From contig JAILRH010000187.1 of the NCBI GenBank assembly GCA_024698345.1, positions 443-64,442 of the forward strand: DNA of 64,000 nt, given 5' to 3'. Positions 61,222-64,000 of the stretch are shown one piece after another. Each line of letters starts with the position of its first letter. Position 1 is the first letter of the stretch. The stretch is from Lachnospiraceae bacterium. Its GTDB lineage: Bacteria; Bacillota; Clostridia; Lachnospirales; Lachnospiraceae. The notes under the pieces are model-generated. The model had not been told where the DNA came from. It saw only the letters and a program-made list of their open reading frames with translations, and did no database searches. The translations under genes were made by a program, and so were the position numbers.

Positions 61222-63360
61222 ATGAATGATGTAAACTTAGCCAGTTTGTGCTTCGATCGCATTATAGCAAACAAAGAAAAGTTAATAAAAAATGAGTCTA
61301 TGCTACGGGAGTTAAAGGAGCAATACGTGGCTCATTTGATTGAAAGAGGTGTTTCAAAAGAGAACGTATATGACGCATTATTAATTAATGGTCTTGCTGA
61401 TGGTACGGAGGAACCGCTTTCTTATGTCGAAAAATTGTATATCGATAGCAACGATATTACATGTGTTGAATACTATAATCGATTTGATTATAGCAATACT
61501 TTCTGCAGAATATGTCCTTTTTCTAAAATTGACAATAATCAATTTGGGGAATATGAAAGGAAACTACTTCTTTTTTCTTTGTATAAAGAAGAAAATGCAA
61601 ATATTGTTGCAGAATTTGAAAAAGAAGGCCCGATTTTTAACTATATAGCTACAGATGAGTTATTCCTTAATAATAAGTATATTCAACCTTTATTTACTCT
61701 CCCCTTCAATCGACTATTTTTCGATAATGTTATAATGAAGAAAATTGAAGATAATGAGTTTATTGAATTAATAACTCGCAAATATGGTGACATGTATGCG
61801 GCCAGAGCTTATGCATTGCAACAGATTACTTGTTTACGTATGGAAGTAGCAATGGCAGCAAGAACACCGCTTAGCAAAAATGTTGCAACAAAATATGCTC
61901 GCGAGATTCACGACGTGTTTGGCCGAAGTATTGTATTTCCACCTGCAGGTTTGATGGTCACTCGGAAGAAGAAGAAAGATATTAAGCAGGAAAGTTTTGA
62001 ACAAATAATAAATGATACTACTAATACTGCTCTCTCTTCCAATGAACAGGAAACTGTCGAACCTGAGGTAACTAAGGAAGAATCATTAAAAGCTGTTGAA
62101 CAAACAATTAATGATATTTCTGAGCAGAAAGAACCTGATCCGATAGAAACTGTTGAGCCGAAAGAATATGACGATGAATATGCCGACTCTATTATAGAAG
62201 AAAACATTTCAGAGCTGTGGGAAAATTCTGAACCTACTGATAATACTACTGATAATAATGACGACAATGCATTCATTCCGCCAGGAAGTGAAACAGTGGA
62301 AAAACAAAATTCCTCTTCACTCACTTCAGAACCAAAAGATAAATCAGATTGTGAAGATAATTCAAATGAGGACAATAATGAAAAATCTTCTAAAGTTGAA
62401 GATGAACTTTATACTCCATTCCAATTAATTAATAAGGATAATTTGGCATTAAACAAAAATGTTATCAATTTAGGTGCCGACAAAACATTCTATCAGGAAT
62501 TTGAAAATGGCTTATTGAATGATGAGTATATGGTTTGTGAATTGATTGGAACCAACTCTCTACTACTACTGTTTTACGTGCAAAGTGTAAAAAAACACTT
62601 TATAGTTCCTTTATCAGATAATGCTTTGATAGAGCAGCTGATTCCATATTTTAAGAGAAAGAAATTTTCTATTTATACAAGCACTCCATGGATGTTGATA
62701 TTTGCATTAAGTAGTAAGAAGAAAGTTGTTCCTAGGGGTGTTCGTTCAATATACTGTTTATACGAAATGCTTTATCCGGAGCAAAAAATGTACTCTCTCA
62801 GAAAAATTATAGAAGAATCATTAAACATAAAATTATCTTCAAACGATAATATATTATTACAGTCAATGATGAAATACAAACAATGTTACGATATTTTACT
62901 CAAGCAATGTCAGGAGCAGTCATTGGAAAATGAACTGTCAAGAAGAGAACTATCTAATGTTGCTTTGGGAATATCCATGAATAGAGGAAGTGTTGCCGGT
63001 GGAAGTTACCTTCTTTTATGTGATAAATCCGGAAAAATAAATATTGTCAATGATGTTATTGAAAAGAAATTCCCTGAATGTAAGTATTTTTCTTTATCTA
63101 TTGAGGCTTATGAACATGACGGAAATATATCCGAACAACTATCTAATACAATTCTTGATGGTTGTATTGCTGAATATGTTGAAAATGGCAAATATAAGAC
63201 TTGTCCCTTATATGTGATTGGCCGAGATAACAATTCACTGCAGCTCTACTCTTCTTCCGACGAAGAGTACAATTATGTATTTGAAAATATGGTTGTTTTA
63301 GCAAAAAAGTTTAGCAAAATGAATAACGCAGGGGCTAAAGTTATGGTTAAATCACTTTGA
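61222..63360 (+). CDS. hypothetical protein (712 aa) with central acidic/Ser-Thr-Asn-rich linker
   Basis: ATG 61222 follows AAGGAG. The track start 61099 lies in the leader and its first 41 codons are hydrophobic noise. Confidence 0.6.
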   Translation: MNDVNLASLCFDRIIANKEKLIKNESMLRELKEQYVAHLIERGVSKENVYDALLINGLADGTEEPLSYVEKLYIDSNDITCVEYYNRFDYSNTFCRICPFSKIDNNQFGEYERKLLLFSLYKEENANIVAEFEKEGPIFNYIATDELFLNNKYIQPLFTLPFNRLFFDNVIMKKIEDNEFIELITRKYGDMYAARAYALQQITCLRMEVAMAARTPLSKNVATKYAREIHDVFGRSIVFPPAGLMVTRKKKKDIKQESFEQIINDTTNTALSSNEQETVEPEVTKEESLKAVEQTINDISEQKEPDPIETVEPKEYDDEYADSIIEENISELWENSEPTDNTTDNNDDNAFIPPGSETVEKQNSSSLTSEPKDKSDCEDNSNEDNNEKSSKVEDELYTPFQLINKDNLALNKNVINLGADKTFYQEFENGLLNDEYMVCELIGTNSLLLLFYVQSVKKHFIVPLSDNALIEQLIPYFKRKKFSIYTSTPWMLIFALSSKKKVVPRGVRSIYCLYEMLYPEQKMYSLRKIIEESLNIKLSSNDNILLQSMMKYKQCYDILLKQCQEQSLENELSRRELSNVALGISMNRGSVAGGSYLLLCDKSGKINIVNDVIEKKFPECKYFSLSIEAYEHDGNISEQLSNTILDGCIAEYVENGKYKTCPLYVIGRDNNSLQLYSSSDEEYNYVFENMVVLAKKFSKMNNAGAKVMVKSL

Positions 63361-63407
63361 TTGCTAGTAATTGAATAAAATTTAAAGCTTTGTAAGGAGT
63401 AATATAT

Positions 63408-64000
63408 ATGATTGGATGCAGAAAAGAAGATATAGTCAAAGAATTTGAGAGATTTGGATTTGTTAATGATGGTAATTTAGGTGTGGTAAATTTAGATGTT
63501 GGTGTATATTTTCCATATGCTAATCAGGACGATATAATAATTCAATTTGCCTTATTAGATTCTCAAATATTGGAGGATAATGTTGATTCGTGCCTAAGTC
63601 GATTTTTATATGATGACATTCAATGTAATCACAGATATCCCAACGAATATTATATTACCGCTTCGAAACGAAAAGGGAGAAAGGTTTGTAAAACAGGTTA
63701 TCCCATTATCAAACCTATATGTGAATTAAATGGTTCTAAATGGCTTGCAATAAGTGTTTATCCACGGCAGGTAAAACAGAAACACATATACTGTTATCCT
63801 GTTAGTATTGATTTATCCAAGGATAGATGTGTAACCGGAGTTGGAATTCGTATAAATATTGAGAAACCTAGGGTCGATATGTTAACATATGACAATATTA
63901 ATGAGCCTCATAAGCACGAATTTTTCCATGGAGAACTACTAGAAGATGATTGGAGAGAGGGGCGTATAGAACTATGCTCAGGCGATATATATGAAAACGA
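63408..64000 (+). CDS. hypothetical protein, 3'-truncated by the window end
   Basis: ATG 63408 is 8 nt after TAAGGAG. The frame stays open to nt 64000 (MIGCRKEDIVKEFERFGF...). Absent from the ORF track because no stop is reached. Confidence 0.55.
   Translation, partial: MIGCRKEDIVKEFERFGFVNDGNLGVVNLDVGVYFPYANQDDIIIQFALLDSQILEDNVDSCLSRFLYDDIQCNHRYPNEYYITASKRKGRKVCKTGYPIIKPICELNGSKWLAISVYPRQVKQKHIYCYPVSIDLSKDRCVTGVGIRINIEKPRVDMLTYDNINEPHKHEFFHGELLEDDWREGRIELCSGDIYEN

Noticed and set aside
2095-62375. All minus-strand ORFs in the track (for example 22455-22859, 23583-23972, 24169-24639, 32480-32989, 61908-62375)
   Set aside because: They are short, lack Shine-Dalgarno sequences, lie entirely inside longer + strand genes, and translate to Ser/Leu/Phe-rich low-complexity strings. 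That is typical of antisense shadows of AT-rich or acidic-repeat coding regions.
1-64000. Interpretation as a large (jumbo) phage because of the clamp loader, clamp, SSB and CRISPR
   Set aside because: No terminase, portal, capsid, tail or lysis-cassette genes were recognised. Instead there is a VirB4/VirB6/PrgI/hydrolase conjugation operon together with wall-anchored adhesins.
1-64000. tRNA, rRNA, transposase, integrase and IS elements
   Set aside because: Scanning of the intergenic regions showed no cloverleaf-like GC-rich arms or TPsiC-type motif (GGTTCGAAT-like) outside coding sequence. No DDE, tyrosine-recombinase or serine-recombinase motifs were seen among the ORFs.

Overview
AT-rich, Firmicutes/Clostridia-style mobile DNA. 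Every credible gene lies on the + strand. The window reads as part of a large conjugative plasmid or ICE, not a chromosomal core or a tailed phage. Modules: (i) 0.2-12.8 kb replication/establishment genes: HExxH protein, delta'-like clamp-loader subunit, DnaX, orphan N6-adenine methyltransferase, SNF2 helicase, DnaN-like clamp, SSB. (ii) 12.9-16.9 kb stand-alone type V-A CRISPR locus: a Cas12a-family gene plus a 7-spacer array with a canonical Cas12a handle, and no cas1/cas2/cas4. In this Cas12a the RuvC-I Asp and the Nuc Arg are substituted, while the crRNA-processing residues are kept. (iii) 17.2-28.8 kb Gram-positive type IV secretion operon: three 2-TM pilin/Maff2-like paralogues, PrgI/VirB3-like, VirB4 ATPase, VirB6-like, a lysozyme+NlpC/P60 hydrolase and a catalytically dead P60 paralogue. 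(iv) 29-46.4 kb surface/adhesion cargo: Big_2/FN3 paralogues, a BspA-type LRR protein and a 1606-aa Cna-B/SpaA-repeat adhesin with an atypical sorting signal. (v) 46.6-52.3 kb run of small unknown ORFs. (vi) 52.5-59.9 kb HolA-like delta subunit followed by an E2-like / JAB / Rad52-like / E1(ThiF)-like ubiquitin-type cassette. (vii) 60.5-61.2 kb non-coding control region with a candidate sRNA. The non-coding layer is unusual in two ways. A homologous three-hairpin, terminator-containing leader occurs at least twice with covarying stems. Six genes carry a fixed-geometry SD-hairpin-10 nt-AUG element. The most interesting item is the apparently DNase-dead but crRNA-processing-competent Cas12a with its own array on a conjugative element. 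All functional calls rest on motifs recognised by eye and on family sequences recalled from memory; no database search was run.
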